From Eledone cirrhosa (lineage: Eukaryota): 64,000 nucleotides of DNA. Shown in pieces: positions 13,050 to 24,039 of this stretch (position 1 is the first letter of the stretch; every line of letters begins with the position of its first letter). A model generated the notes under the pieces. The model was not told where the DNA came from. It did no database searches and worked only from the letters and a program-made list of their open reading frames with translations. The stretch is from assembly GCA_964016885.1 (NCBI GenBank), contig OZ024744.1:103478001-103542000 (forward strand). Direction: 5' to 3'. Both the position numbers and the translations under genes were made by a program.

Positions 13050-13910
13050 TTCACACCTGAGAGAAAATGTACAACGAAGTTTTACACCTAAAAAATAGTA
13101 CACCAAGAAGTTTAACACCTAAGAGAAAGTTTAGAAAGGAGTTTTACAACTGAGAAAAAGTACACGAAGTTTAACAACTGAGAAAATATACTCCACGAAG
13201 TTTAACACCTGAGAAAATATACTCCACGAAGTTTTACGCCTGAGAAAATATACTCCAAGAAGTTTTACACCTAAGAAAATATACTCCAAGAAGTTTAACA
13301 CCTGAGAAAATATACTCCAAGAACACCTGAGAAAATATACTCCACGAAGTTTAACACCTGAGAAAATATACTTCAAGAAGTTTTACACCTGAGAAAATAT
13401 ACTCCAAGAAGTTTAACACCTGAGAAAATATACTCCAAGAACACCTGAGAAAATATACTCCACGAAGTTTAACACCTGAGAAAATATACTCCAAGAAGTT
13501 TTACACCTGAGAAAATATACTCCACGAAGTTTATCACCTGAGAAAATATACTCCAAGAAGTTTAACACCTGAGAAAATATACTCCAAGAACACCTGAGAA
13601 AATAAACTCCAAGAAGTTTAACACCTGAGAAAATATACTCCAAGAAGTTTAACACCTGAGAAAATATACTCCAAGAACACCTGAGAAAATATACTCCAAG
13701 AAGTTTAACACCTGAGAAAATATACTCCAAGAAGTTTAACACCTGAGAAAATATACTCCATGAACACCTGAGAAAATATACTCCAAGAAGTTTTACACCT
13801 GAGAAAATATACTCCACGAAGTTTAACACCTGAGAAAATATACTCCAAGAAGTTTAACACCTGAGAAAATATACTCCAAGAACACCTGAGAAAATATACT
13901 CCACGAAGTA
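13050..13910. repeat. Minisatellite of 31-bp units with a 25-bp variant, forming an 87-bp higher-order repeat
   Basis: aacacctgagaaaatatactccaagaagttt; unit starts at 13566, 13591, 13622 and 13653 (spacings 25, 31, 31). Confidence 0.95.
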
Positions 13911-14027
13911 GACAGTCTATATCGAAGGTTGTTGTTCATGACAATAAAATAAAGTACCAGTAATTAACCTTCACCATTCTCTTAAAATTGTTGGATAGTG
14001 CCTACACCTGAAGCCATCATAACTTAC

Positions 14028-14148
14028 CTATCGCAGAGTTGGTGAATTTATCTTCTGGACGAGCATCCGAAAGCCTAGGCCCAAGACACCATCCCGTTAT
14101 TTGTTCAAACGCCGCAGAACAGCAGGAAATAAAGCCACACCAACTCAT
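14028..14148 (-). CDS. First coding exon of an unidentified gene (MSWCGFISCCSAAFEQITGWCLGPRLSDARPEDKFTNSAI)
   Basis: ATG at 14148, 40 open codons plus 1 nt, consensus donor AG|GTAAGT, non-repetitive sequence, phase matches all downstream exons. Confidence 0.65.
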
Positions 14149-14294
14149 ATTGGTGATCGATGGAAAATTTCTCAAGCTTAACTCAAATCAATGGATAGCA
14201 CAAATCAAATCGATGAAGAGCACAACTCAAATCGTTGAATAACACACAGAAAACAGCTCTAAATGAAAGATTGAAATTTTTCAATTTGTTATTA

Positions 14295-14302
14295 TGACGT
14301 CA
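14295..14302. promoter_or_regulatory. Perfect CRE palindrome about 150 bp upstream of the candidate ATG
   Basis: TGACGTCA; a second copy lies at 12574-12581. Confidence 0.4.
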
Positions 14303-14489
14303 ATATTGATGGAATACGTTTTAACTTTCTTTTAGAACAGATATATCACCTTGATCACCTTGACCGACCAGTCTGTCGGGCGTCCATTCAGCGCCGCTGG
14401 TCACAGCACGCTGTCCATTCCTCTCTGGATCGTGCTTTCCTCATCCATGTATTCCCAATCGTATTCTTAAAATCGTAACTCCACCCTTG

Positions 14490-14710
14490 GAGTAGGCCTC
14501 AAGATGAACCGCATGAAAACGAACTTCATGCGGTCCGACAACGTACCAACAGGTCGAATGATGGTTGGCGGTGATGAAATAGAGGAGGTGGAGGAATATG
14601 TCTACCTGGGACAAGAAGTGAACATGCGCCGAGACATTGAGAGGGAGATCTCGCGGAGAGTAAGGGCCGGATGGAAGGCGTTCAACGGCATAAGGGATGT
14701 GCTCAAGAAC
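14490..14710 (+). mobile_element. RTE-1-like LINE fragment
   Basis: GLKMNRMKT...EEVEEYVYLGQ...EISRRVRAGWKAF. Confidence 0.8.
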
Positions 14711-15151
14711 AGATATATGTATTCACTTAAATACGTTCATACTAACACGCAGACACACACACATTCATACACACACACACACACACACATTCATACACAC
14801 ACACACACACACACATACACATTCATACACACACACATTCACACACGTATACACAATTTTCAGCTTGAAATAAAATGTCTTCTTTTAATAGGGAAAATAT
14901 GGAGGAGGGGGGGGGGCAGCCGACCCTACAATTCAGTCTAGGGGGTAAATCTCAGCAGCCGTCCCCTGCTGACAGCATTGCCACTGAGAACGGCCAGTAA
15001 CACCTGCATCATCAACCTCTCCACGGTTCGTTTCTCAGGTGGGATGTACTCCTCCCAGTTTTTTTTAGAGAGGAAAGACAATCCAGCGACTGAGGACATC
15101 AGAGGTCTTGACAGTGGCCATCATCTATCTATCTATCTATCTATCTATCTT

Positions 15152-15410
15152 CCGCTGGTGAGGAGATCCGTCTGCTGTCAGCACCCTTCCAACGGAGGGC
15201 TGGGAATGCCGTGGCTGGTGATGCGCTGAGGCTGCGGCATCTCCAGGTATTCCTCACCGACCCCCAACCGGCGAGGGCACCGTTTGTGAGACAGGCTTTC
15301 CCACAGCTCGTCTCCCTGGCGGAGCTGCAGTCCTGGGTCAAGAAAAGACCGAAAACGACCGAAACGTATTGTCCCCTTTTCTTGTGCGCCCTTGTGGCTA
15401 ATAAAGAAAT
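15152..15410 (+). mobile_element. Internally deleted, 5'-truncated relative of the Tx1-like element at 44085-49445
   Basis: Matches about 48300-48495 joined to the 3' end at about 49400-49443; flanked by (TCTA)n. Confidence 0.8.
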
Positions 15411-15615
15411 CTATCTATCTATTACTAAAAGTATGTGATTGCTTGCTGGCTTATCTGCAATGTAATACAGCCAAAATGGCGTATAATGGGAAAATACTTT
15501 GAAAGGAAGTTGACCCTGAAATGGGATTACAAATGGAATAAAACAAGTTTCGCGTAAATCGAAGCACGGGTTCCTGAGATATGGGGTTTTTCTGAGTACC
15601 TTCATAAACAAAGAG

Positions 15616-15695
<80 letters not shown>

Positions 15696-15714
15696 ACAGA
15701 GAAGGAGAATGGAA

Positions 15715-15797
<83 letters not shown>

Positions 15798-15910
15798 CAC
15801 TTCAAAGAAACGAATGCAGCATTTACTGTATCCCGCTAAATAGAAAGGGTTTCTAAGTGTGTGTGTGTATATGTGTGTGAATATATATATCTATATATAT
15901 ATATATTTAT

Positions 15911-16140
15911 TTATTAAAATAACAGATTAAAGTTTAAGCAAACAATCGCTGCTTTCACCCTTAACGGGATCTTCTGAAACTAAAAAAGTCAAAGTATCGT
16001 CTTCCTGTCTTCCTCCGGTTGCAACGTTTTTTGAAATATTTACTTCTGCGTTCACAGATTGACTTTTTTAGTTTCAGAAGATCCCGTTAAGGGTGAAAGC
16101 AGCGATTCTTTGCTTAAACTTTAATCTGTTATTTTAATAA
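15911..16140. repeat. Inverted repeat with about 80-bp arms (PLE-type terminal repeat, degenerate hammerhead)
   Basis: 15911-15992 is the reverse complement of about 16059-16140; CAGAAGA-tccc-gttaa-gggt-GAAA; another copy at about 40440-40555. Confidence 0.75.
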
Positions 16141-16480
16141 ATATTTGCACTACGGTTCTTATATATTTGATATATATTTATCCTTATCGAGCCCTCTTTG
16201 GATTTTAGTCTTCAAATTTATTATTATTACTATATATATATATTTATATATATATACAAGTGGAAGCTTAGTAAAATCGCTGCTTTGGTTGTGGCCAAGC
16301 AAAGTCGACCTACAATAAAGAATGAGTAGCAAAGCACTCAATAAGGTCCTTACAGTAATAACATACGTTTAAATAGCTTGATAAATTGAAAATTGCGGTA
16401 GGCAAAACCCAACCATACAATACCAAAACAACGAAAGAACTAATCAGGTGTGTGTGTCCGGTGTATATAGGTCACAGACA

Positions 16481-16520
<40 letters not shown>

Positions 16521-16525
<5 letters not shown>

Positions 16526-17275
16526 TATAAAGAAAGAAGAAACATTAGACATAAATAAAAAATATATATATATACCCAATATTCTTCAACATCCTCGACT
16601 GCGCAGTTTCGTGGCTACTATGCAAAAACATTACATCATAGAGATGCAGTATTTTTGTGAGGTTTGCCAACTTATCAAGAGAATACCTCATTTAAAGTTT
16701 CAAAACACGTCCGCAAGGCGTGAGAGAGAATCCCGGAAAGGCAGGGGGGGACTTATCACGTGATACAGCGATCAAGAAACAGAGTTAAGCCTCTTACAAC
16801 CAAGAGAAAAATACCACAAATGGCGGAGGGGGCATCAGTATCTCGGCTGCAGACGAGGTGGCTAAGGAGGGCTAGAAGTGTAAATAGTGTAAGCTTGACA
16901 GCAGTCACTATACTTCTGTGGTTACTCTACCGTAGGGAGTTATAGACAATAAAAGGAAATACACAGATACATGCGAATACATACATATACATGCACATCC
17001 ACACATATATCCCTGAATTTGTGCCACGAAACTGCGCAGTCGAGGATGTTGAAGAATATTGGGTATATATATATTTTTTATTTATGTCTAATGTTTCTTC
17101 TTTCTTTATAATGTATTATATAGCTCTGATATTGAGTCAATCTAGTTCATTCAGATTATTTTGTCCCTATTAATCATAGAGCAACAACGGTTAAGGTTGG
17201 CACCACACAAATTCAGGGATATATGTGTGTATGTGCATGTATATGTATGTATTCGCATGTATCTGTGTATTTCCA
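16521..17275. repeat. Two interlocking inverted repeats (PLE-type terminal-repeat remnant)
   Basis: 16521-16615 pairs with 17023-17115 and 16955-17023 pairs with 17206-17274; includes a hammerhead 3' half GAAACTGCGCAGTC. Confidence 0.7.
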
Positions 17276-17910
17276 AGCCGAAATACGATTCTCGCTAATT
17301 TATATTTGTATTAATCTCCAGAGTCTAGCTATTGACCAGTTAATTTTCTTGATTTTTTTAGTTGATTCTATTGACTGATGAATAACTTATGTTAACTTTA
17401 ACCATTCTGTCGAGAGCTTTATTCGATTTGTGATGTTTTGCATTCTTGCAATACTATAAATACTATACACAACTGAATTCATTCGCCTAAAATAAGTGTT
17501 GCCTCCCTTGCTGAACTCCACGTGGGGTCAGTAATAGTCACACTTTGAATTAGCAATTGAACTAAAACCTGTTGATAAAGTGGCTTCCTTGTTCAATCAT
17601 CTTACCAGAAGCTTAACATTATTTATGTAAGCGGACAGTACTTGATTTAGGAGTCACAGAAACCCAAATACTGGATTTTACCAACCTTCCAGGGGTCCGG
17701 GTAAATTTTCAATCACATATATTTTTATTGTTTGACCCGAATTACTTGGTCGTTTCTTTGGCTGTGCAGATGTTTTGTTTAACCATCGTCTCAGTGTGTT
17801 TGGCCTTTAACGTATGTTGTAGCTCTGATTCATCTGAATCATCGAGCGCTTGCCACACATCGCGGAAGTTGTTTTTCGTTAATTCCTAAGCCGAAATACG
17901 ATTCTCGCTA

Positions 17911-18140
<230 letters not shown>

Positions 18141-18271
18141 CATGGTATTATAACTAGAGATACCAGAGTGTCATGTACGCTGATGCAACCCCTGGAGGTG
18201 AATAAGCTAACCAACTTAGAAAGGCCCTATGAAAGATGCATTTGAAGATTAAAGTGGTAGAAAAGCCAGAG

Positions 18272-18304
<33 letters not shown>

Positions 18305-18350
18305 TACACGGGTGTGTATGATTGTGTATAGAAGATTATATTAAAAAAAG

Positions 18351-18473
18351 GAATTCCAACTTTGTCTGATTTACTCGTTTTATTTACAATCCTTTAAAAT
18401 TTATAATGGTAATACCATTATAAATTTTAAAGGATTGTAAATAAAACGAGTAAATCAGACAAAGTTGGAATTC
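18351..18473. repeat. Near-perfect palindrome with about 60-bp arms
   Basis: gaattccaactttg...ataatggt-aat-accattat...caaagttggaattc. Confidence 0.9.
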
Positions 18474-18620
18474 ATTTTATTAATATATATGTATACATAT
18501 GTACATATATATATATATGGATGTATATATAATGTATTTTGCAATACACTTTATGCTTAATTAAAAGCATTTTGAAGACCGTAAGCTATTGTTTTAAAGT
18601 AGTGACAAATTCACTCACTT

Positions 18621-18715
18621 TGATCTCAGCAAACAGGGGAGATAAGCCGACAAGACTTGTTTCGCTTTGGTTGAAGCTTATCAAGGCCAACTACCCCACC
18701 TGTCTACTGAGATCA
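18621..18715 (-). ncRNA. Type I hammerhead ribozyme, U3-A8 variant
   Basis: Reverse complement of the motif at 19183-19277; GUC triplet intact. Confidence 0.7.
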
Positions 18716-18936
18716 TTGATGCTATATTCTTATAGAAATCTAGTAAATAATCAGGAGCTGATTATGCAGAGCGGTTGTTGGTCAGGCAGAAATTAAAAAT
18801 TAGAATTGGAGCTCTGAAATAGCAATATATATATGGATGTATATATAATGTATTTTGCAATACACTTTATGCTTAATTAAAAGCATTTTGAAGACCGTAA
18901 GCTATTGTTTTAAAGTAGTGACAAATTCACTCACTT

Positions 18937-19031
18937 TGATCTCAGCAAACAGGGGAGATAAGCCGACAAGACTTGTTTCGCTTTGGTTGAAGCTTATCAA
19001 GGCCAACTACCCCACCTGTCTACTGAGATCA
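18937..19031 (-). ncRNA. Type I hammerhead ribozyme, U3-A8 variant
   Basis: Same as 18621-18715, offset by 316 bp. Confidence 0.7.
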
Positions 19032-19182
19032 TTGATGTTATATTCTTATAGAAATCTAGTAAATAATATATATTGCTATTTCAGAGCTCCAATTCTAATT
19101 TTTAATTTCTGCCTGACCAACAACCGCTCTGCATAATCAGCTCCTGATTATTTACTAGATTTCTATAAGAATATAACATCAA

Positions 19183-19277
19183 TGATCTCAGTAGACAGGT
19201 GGGGTAATTGGCCTTGATAAGCTTCAACCAAAGCGAAACAAGTCTTGTCGGCTTAGCTCCCCCGTTTGCTGAGATCA
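19183..19277 (+). ncRNA. Type I hammerhead ribozyme, U3-A8 variant; predicted cleavage after C19249
   Basis: ggcc-TTGATAA-gctt(caacca)aagc-GAAA-caag.t.ctt-GTC-ggct; distal stem I tgatctcagtagac pairs with gtttgctgagatca. Confidence 0.72.
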
Positions 19278-19498
19278 AAGTGAGTGAATTTGTCACTACT
19301 TTAAAACAATAGCTTACGGTCTTCAAAATGCTTTTAATTAAGCATAAAGTGTATTGCAAAATACATTATATATACATCCATATATATATTGCTATTTCAG
19401 AGCTCCAATTCTAATTTTTAATTTCTGCCTGACCAACAACCGCTCTGCATAATCAGCTCCTGATTATTTACTAGATTTCTATAAGAATATAACATCAG

Positions 19499-19593
19499 TG
19501 ATCTCGGTAGACATGAGGGGTAGTTGGCCTTGATAAGCTTCAACCAAAGCGAAACAAGTCTTGGCGGCTTATCTCCCCTGTTTGCTGAGATCA
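19499..19593 (+). ncRNA. Hammerhead copy with a mutated cleavage triplet (GGC)
   Basis: Same fold as 19183-19277 but cttggc replaces cttgtc. Confidence 0.6.
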
Positions 19594-19758
19594 AAGTGAG
19601 TGAATTTGTCACTACTTTAAAACAATAGCTTACAGTCTTCAAAATGCTTTTAATTAAGCATAAAGTGTATTGCAAAATACATTATATATACATCCATATA
19701 TTTATTGCTATTTCAGAGCTCCAATTCTAATATATATATATATTTCTATATATATACC

Positions 19759-19846
<88 letters not shown>

Positions 19847-19847
19847 C

Positions 19848-20730
19848 ATAAAACTATATTTGATGAAAAAGCGCAGTATTACAACGAAGCGTTAGGTAGA
19901 CCTGGATATAGAAATAAAATTAAATACATCGATAATAATAATAAGCAAACTAACCAAAATAATAACAATTTTAATGATGGTAACAACTTTAACACCTATA
20001 ATAGAAAACATTACAATAATTCCAAAAGCCGAAAAAGAAATAGAACTAGAAATATATTATGGTTTGCTCCCCCTTTCTCACTAAATATTAAAACCCCTAT
20101 TGCTAAACTATTCTTTAAACCTCTTGACAAACGCTTCCCTAGAACACATAAATATTACTCAATTTTTAATAGACATACTATAAAATTAACTTACTCGTCC
20201 ACCAAAAATTTTGCACAAAATATTAATAGAATTAATAATAGAAACTTAAAACCTAACCAAAATACCAATAATAACCCAAGCAATATTCAATTGAATAACT
20301 GTAACTGTAGAAATAAATCTCACTGTCCGTTAAATAACAACTGCTTAGCTAAAAATGTAGTGTACAATTGTAATGTTAAAACTAATTTAAATTCATTTAA
20401 CTATGTCGGTTCTACCTCTACAGAATTTAAATTTCGCTTCAATAATCATAAAAATTCTTTCACAGATCCAAACAAAAAATCTTCAACTTCGCTATCTAGC
20501 CTACTATGGGACCTAAAACGAGATAATGTTAAATATTCGATGACTTGGAATATTATTTCATAAGCTACTCCTTTTAATTCCTCTTCAGAAAATTGTGATA
20601 TTTGTATTGAAGAAATATTCTTTATATTAAAGTCCAAAAATTCCCTTAATTTAAGGAATAATTTATTCAGTTGCTGCAGACATAGATTGAACTCAACGTT
20701 TAAATATAAATATAAATTTAAAATGTAATA
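19848..20730 (+). mobile_element. Naiad-like Penelope-like element, 3' part (linker and GIY-YIG endonuclease)
   Basis: [22 protein letters not shown] (CxCx5C), VVY...[13 protein letters not shown]; continues past the TAA at 20561 as ATPF..CDICIEE..LN.R..CRH. Confidence 0.85.
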
Positions 20731-21164
20731 TAATTAATTAAGTAATTTAGTTAATATATGAAACCTGTCGATAAATCATTAGATTCCTTCACCTTTTTCT
20801 TTTTAAATTTTCTTCCTAAATATAAACATAGATATAATAAACTACTCTAAAATGTCTATACTTCCAATGTCTTAAATAAAATATACGTAAGATAAATTTC
20901 TATACTAAATATATTAAACATATATATATATATATATGTATATATATATCTCATATATTGAGTTATAAACTCGAAATAGTCTTTTACAATTAAATAGCTC
21001 AAAGAAGCGAATATTTCCGAGCCGTGTAATACAAATGAATACATGAGAGGGATGAACTACTTTAAATCGAGACAGGCAAACCATATTATTTTAAATTAAT
21101 ATTTTTCAACCTAGCTAACTTGGTCATTTGCAATTCGAACACATGTATACTTGTATCGGTGTTC

Positions 21165-21195
<31 letters not shown>

Positions 21196-21209
21196 ATATA
21201 TATAATTTC

Positions 21210-23335
21210 TGAATATTTAGACACCCATCTTCGCCCCTTTGGTCGTCAATCTCCACTCCACATCCACGATACCAATGATGCCCTTAGACTCTTCAACTCC
21301 TTCTCCTTCTGGTCCCTCTCGCCTTTTCTTTACCCTGGACATCACCTCTCTCTATATCGTCATCCCTCATGATGAGGGCTTCCGCACTCTCCAACATTTT
21401 TTTAGACTTACGCCCTACCCCTTACCCCAGCACTACCACTCTCCACCGTCTGGCAGAGCTTGTTCTCACCCTCAATGGCTTTTCCTTTTCGGGTGAATTC
21501 TATCAGCAGCGATGGGAACCAGAATGGGACAAAACTATGCCAACGACAATGGGATTGATGAGTTAATATCTTTATACAACAACTACAACGGTACGCGATG
21601 GGGCCCACCCACAGCCCCGGCGGACAGAATTGAGAAGGCGTTTCCCCGGAGGACGGCAAGGGAGACGCGCTGGAAAAGCCACTCCAACTCGCGGAGCTCA
21701 CACCTGCGGCTGGCCAGCTCAGCGCCTATGGTGGTGAGTACGGAGGTAGCCCTGGGGCCGAGGACACCAGACGTCTCCAGTGCCAGGGGTACGACCACAA
21801 ACCTGTCGGAGAGTGACCGGTATTTGAGGAGTTTGGCCACCTCAGCCCAACGTGCAGCAGAACCTGGGTCAGCGCAGACTGCATCAGGTTGCTGCTGCAG
21901 AAAGTGTCGGTTCAAGTGGCATCCCAGACGAGGGGTGTCCCACCGCGGAACGGGAAGATGGTCATGCCATCTGGCCTTTTGCCGTCCCCTCGATCCAGCC
22001 CCACCGGCTCGAGCTGGGAAGGGAAGCCTGCAGCGTCCAAGTCATGCTTAATGACCTCGTTGAGGGCAGCATGGCGTGGAATGCGGCCGGCACTGTGGCG
22101 ACAGGAAAGCGGGTGGAGGCCGAAAGAGTCCACGGTGGAACCGCAGCGACATTGGTGTGGCTGGCAGATCCTGAGGCACCACTGTGGGGTTTGGAGGCCG
22201 CACGAAAACAAGCAAGGCGGTGCTGGTCGAGCTGGCACGTGAGCCTGTCTGAGGACAGGCTTCACTGCTTGTTTGTTGGCTACGTCGAAGCCCAGATCTC
22301 CCAGTACGCTGGACCGACTCCTGAGCTATATGGTCGTTATATCGACGACTGTATCGGCGCCACCTCTCTATCACGAGAACATCTCGACTGCTTTCTTTCT
22401 TTTGTCCTATCTTTCCATCTTGCTCTCACTTTCACCGGCTCCGTCTCCGATTCTTCTAACCCTTTTCTAGATATCTCTCTATTAATCACTCTCACCACAC
22501 CCTCTCTACTTCCATCTTCTATAAACCAACAGACTCCCACTCTTACCTCGACTTCACCTCCTCCCATCCAATCCACACCAAACAATCCATACCCTATTCC
22601 CAATTCCTCCGCTGTCGTCGGCTCTGTAGCCAGGACGACGATTTCGAAACCCATTCCCGTCACATGGCTTCCTGCTTCATCCAGCGTGGATATCCCCCCC
22701 AACCTGATCCAAGCTGCTCTCACCCGCGCCCGTGAACAAACCGTACCACAGCCCTCTCACCTATCACCCTACCACTCTGGCGACATATCCTCCGTTCCTT
22801 CCGTATCCTCTCTTCTGACCCCGTCACTTCTGGCTTTTTTCCAAACCCACCCATTACTGCTTTTAAGTGCGTCCGCAACCTCCGCGACCTGCTGGTACGC
22901 AGTTCCTTCTCGTCCTCTCCCACGATTCCACCCGGTTCTCATCGTTGTTCTCGTTCCCACTGCAACACTTGTCCCTTTATTTCCACCCTCACCTCTCTCA
23001 CAGGCCCTGGCGGGTCTTTCCGTATCGGCCATTCTTTCACCTCCACATCCACCCACGTTGTCTATGCCCTCCGGTGTTCCCTTTGCGGGTCTTTATACAG
23101 CGGACAAACGGGACGCCGTATGGCGGACCGTTTTGCTGAGCATTTAAGGGACATACAACTCAGTTTCCCGTCATTTCTGTTCTCCTGGTCATTCTTCCCT
23201 ACATGTCTCAGTCCTGGGTGCCCTTTTACATCATGGATCACAGGCCTCGCGCACCAGGACTGAACAGAGTCTGACTCACCGCCTTGGGTCTTATTCCCCT
23301 CTTGGACTCAACTCACCTCCCCAATTTCTCTAATA
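21210..23335 (+). mobile_element. Poseidon/Neptune-like Penelope-like element (RT and GIY-YIG), frameshifted and interrupted by a CRE-like insert
   Basis: LDITSLY..IPHDEG, MGTRMG.NYA, YGRYIDDCIG, FLDI, SSHP..TKQSIPYSQFLR, VVYALRC..C, GQTGRRMADRFAEH. Confidence 0.85.
21545..22258 (-). mobile_element. 3' fragment of a CRE-like non-LTR element nested in the PLE
   Basis: CRCG...H.LSC zinc knuckle, RHAALN, RPDG...WDAT, K..KY, LETSG, QRVSLAVLRGNA; close to 28780-29990. Confidence 0.85.
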
Positions 23336-23856
23336 CCCCGTCCATTATTACACGCGCTTGTACATTCACCCCTAGATTCCTATGGCTCTTTCATGATCAT
23401 AAACATCTTCTCTTACAACTAATACAGACCGACTAATTATGCTCACTACACTGTTCCCTTCACTGCTCTGTATACACACATACACACACTTATATTAACA
23501 TACTTTTGCTCATAGCTTCGTACTTACATGCACACACACACACACTCTTTTACTTACATACACACACACATTTCTTCTTAGCTTCGTACGGACGTATATT
23601 AACACACGCACGCACACAGACACACACTTGCTTACGCACGTGCACAAGTATAGGTCTTTTTACAAAACGGTGTTTTTCCATTTCAGGTAGACGCGCTCCA
23701 TCATCCACTTTTCTAAAAAAATAATCATACACAAAACGCCAGCACCAACAGTTTTGCAAGAGATGTCAACATGAATGGACCTGTTATTTTTATCTAAAGA
23801 CATTTTTTCTAATTCCATCCCGCCCGTCCCCTAAATCTATCTTATTTCTCATTTTT

Positions 23857-23892
23857 TCTTCTGATGAAGGACTAGCGTCCTAAACGTTAAGA
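23857..23892 (+). ncRNA. Minimal hammerhead in the PLE 3' repeat, G12 mutated
   Basis: tctt-CTGATGA-a-ggac(tagc)gtcc-tAAAC-GTT-aaga. Confidence 0.55.
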
Positions 23893-24039
23893 CCCTCTTC
23901 CTGCTATATCAAGCGTTAACCTAATATATCCCTTCCATATACTGTACCGATTGTGTTGTTATTTCTGTTTACTTTTTACATATATATATATATAAGTAGA
24001 AGGGATATTCAATTTGTTGGTAATTCAACAAATATATAT

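Larger units (their letters stand above)
18505..19730. repeat. 316-bp unit array: two reverse copies followed by two forward copies plus a partial copy, each containing a hammerhead
   Basis: Near-identical units offset by 316 bp (18539/18855 and 19102/19418); inversion point at about 19065-19070; a further copy at 63809-64000. Confidence 0.95.

Noticed and set aside
13050-13910. CRISPR-like array of about 30-bp repeats, and repetitive ORFs of 138 and 81 aa
   Set aside because: Units are contiguous with no unique spacers, there are no cas genes, and the context is eukaryotic. The ORFs arise because the 87-bp higher-order unit is a multiple of 3.
18539-19675. 85-aa ORF repeated four times as a possible small gene family
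   Set aside because: It starts at TTG, is antisense to the hammerhead, and is open in all copies simply because they are nearly identical.
21852-23147. 431-aa ORF as a novel fusion protein
   Set aside because: It is a chance read-through from the antisense strand of the CRE insert into the PLE RT and then out of frame.
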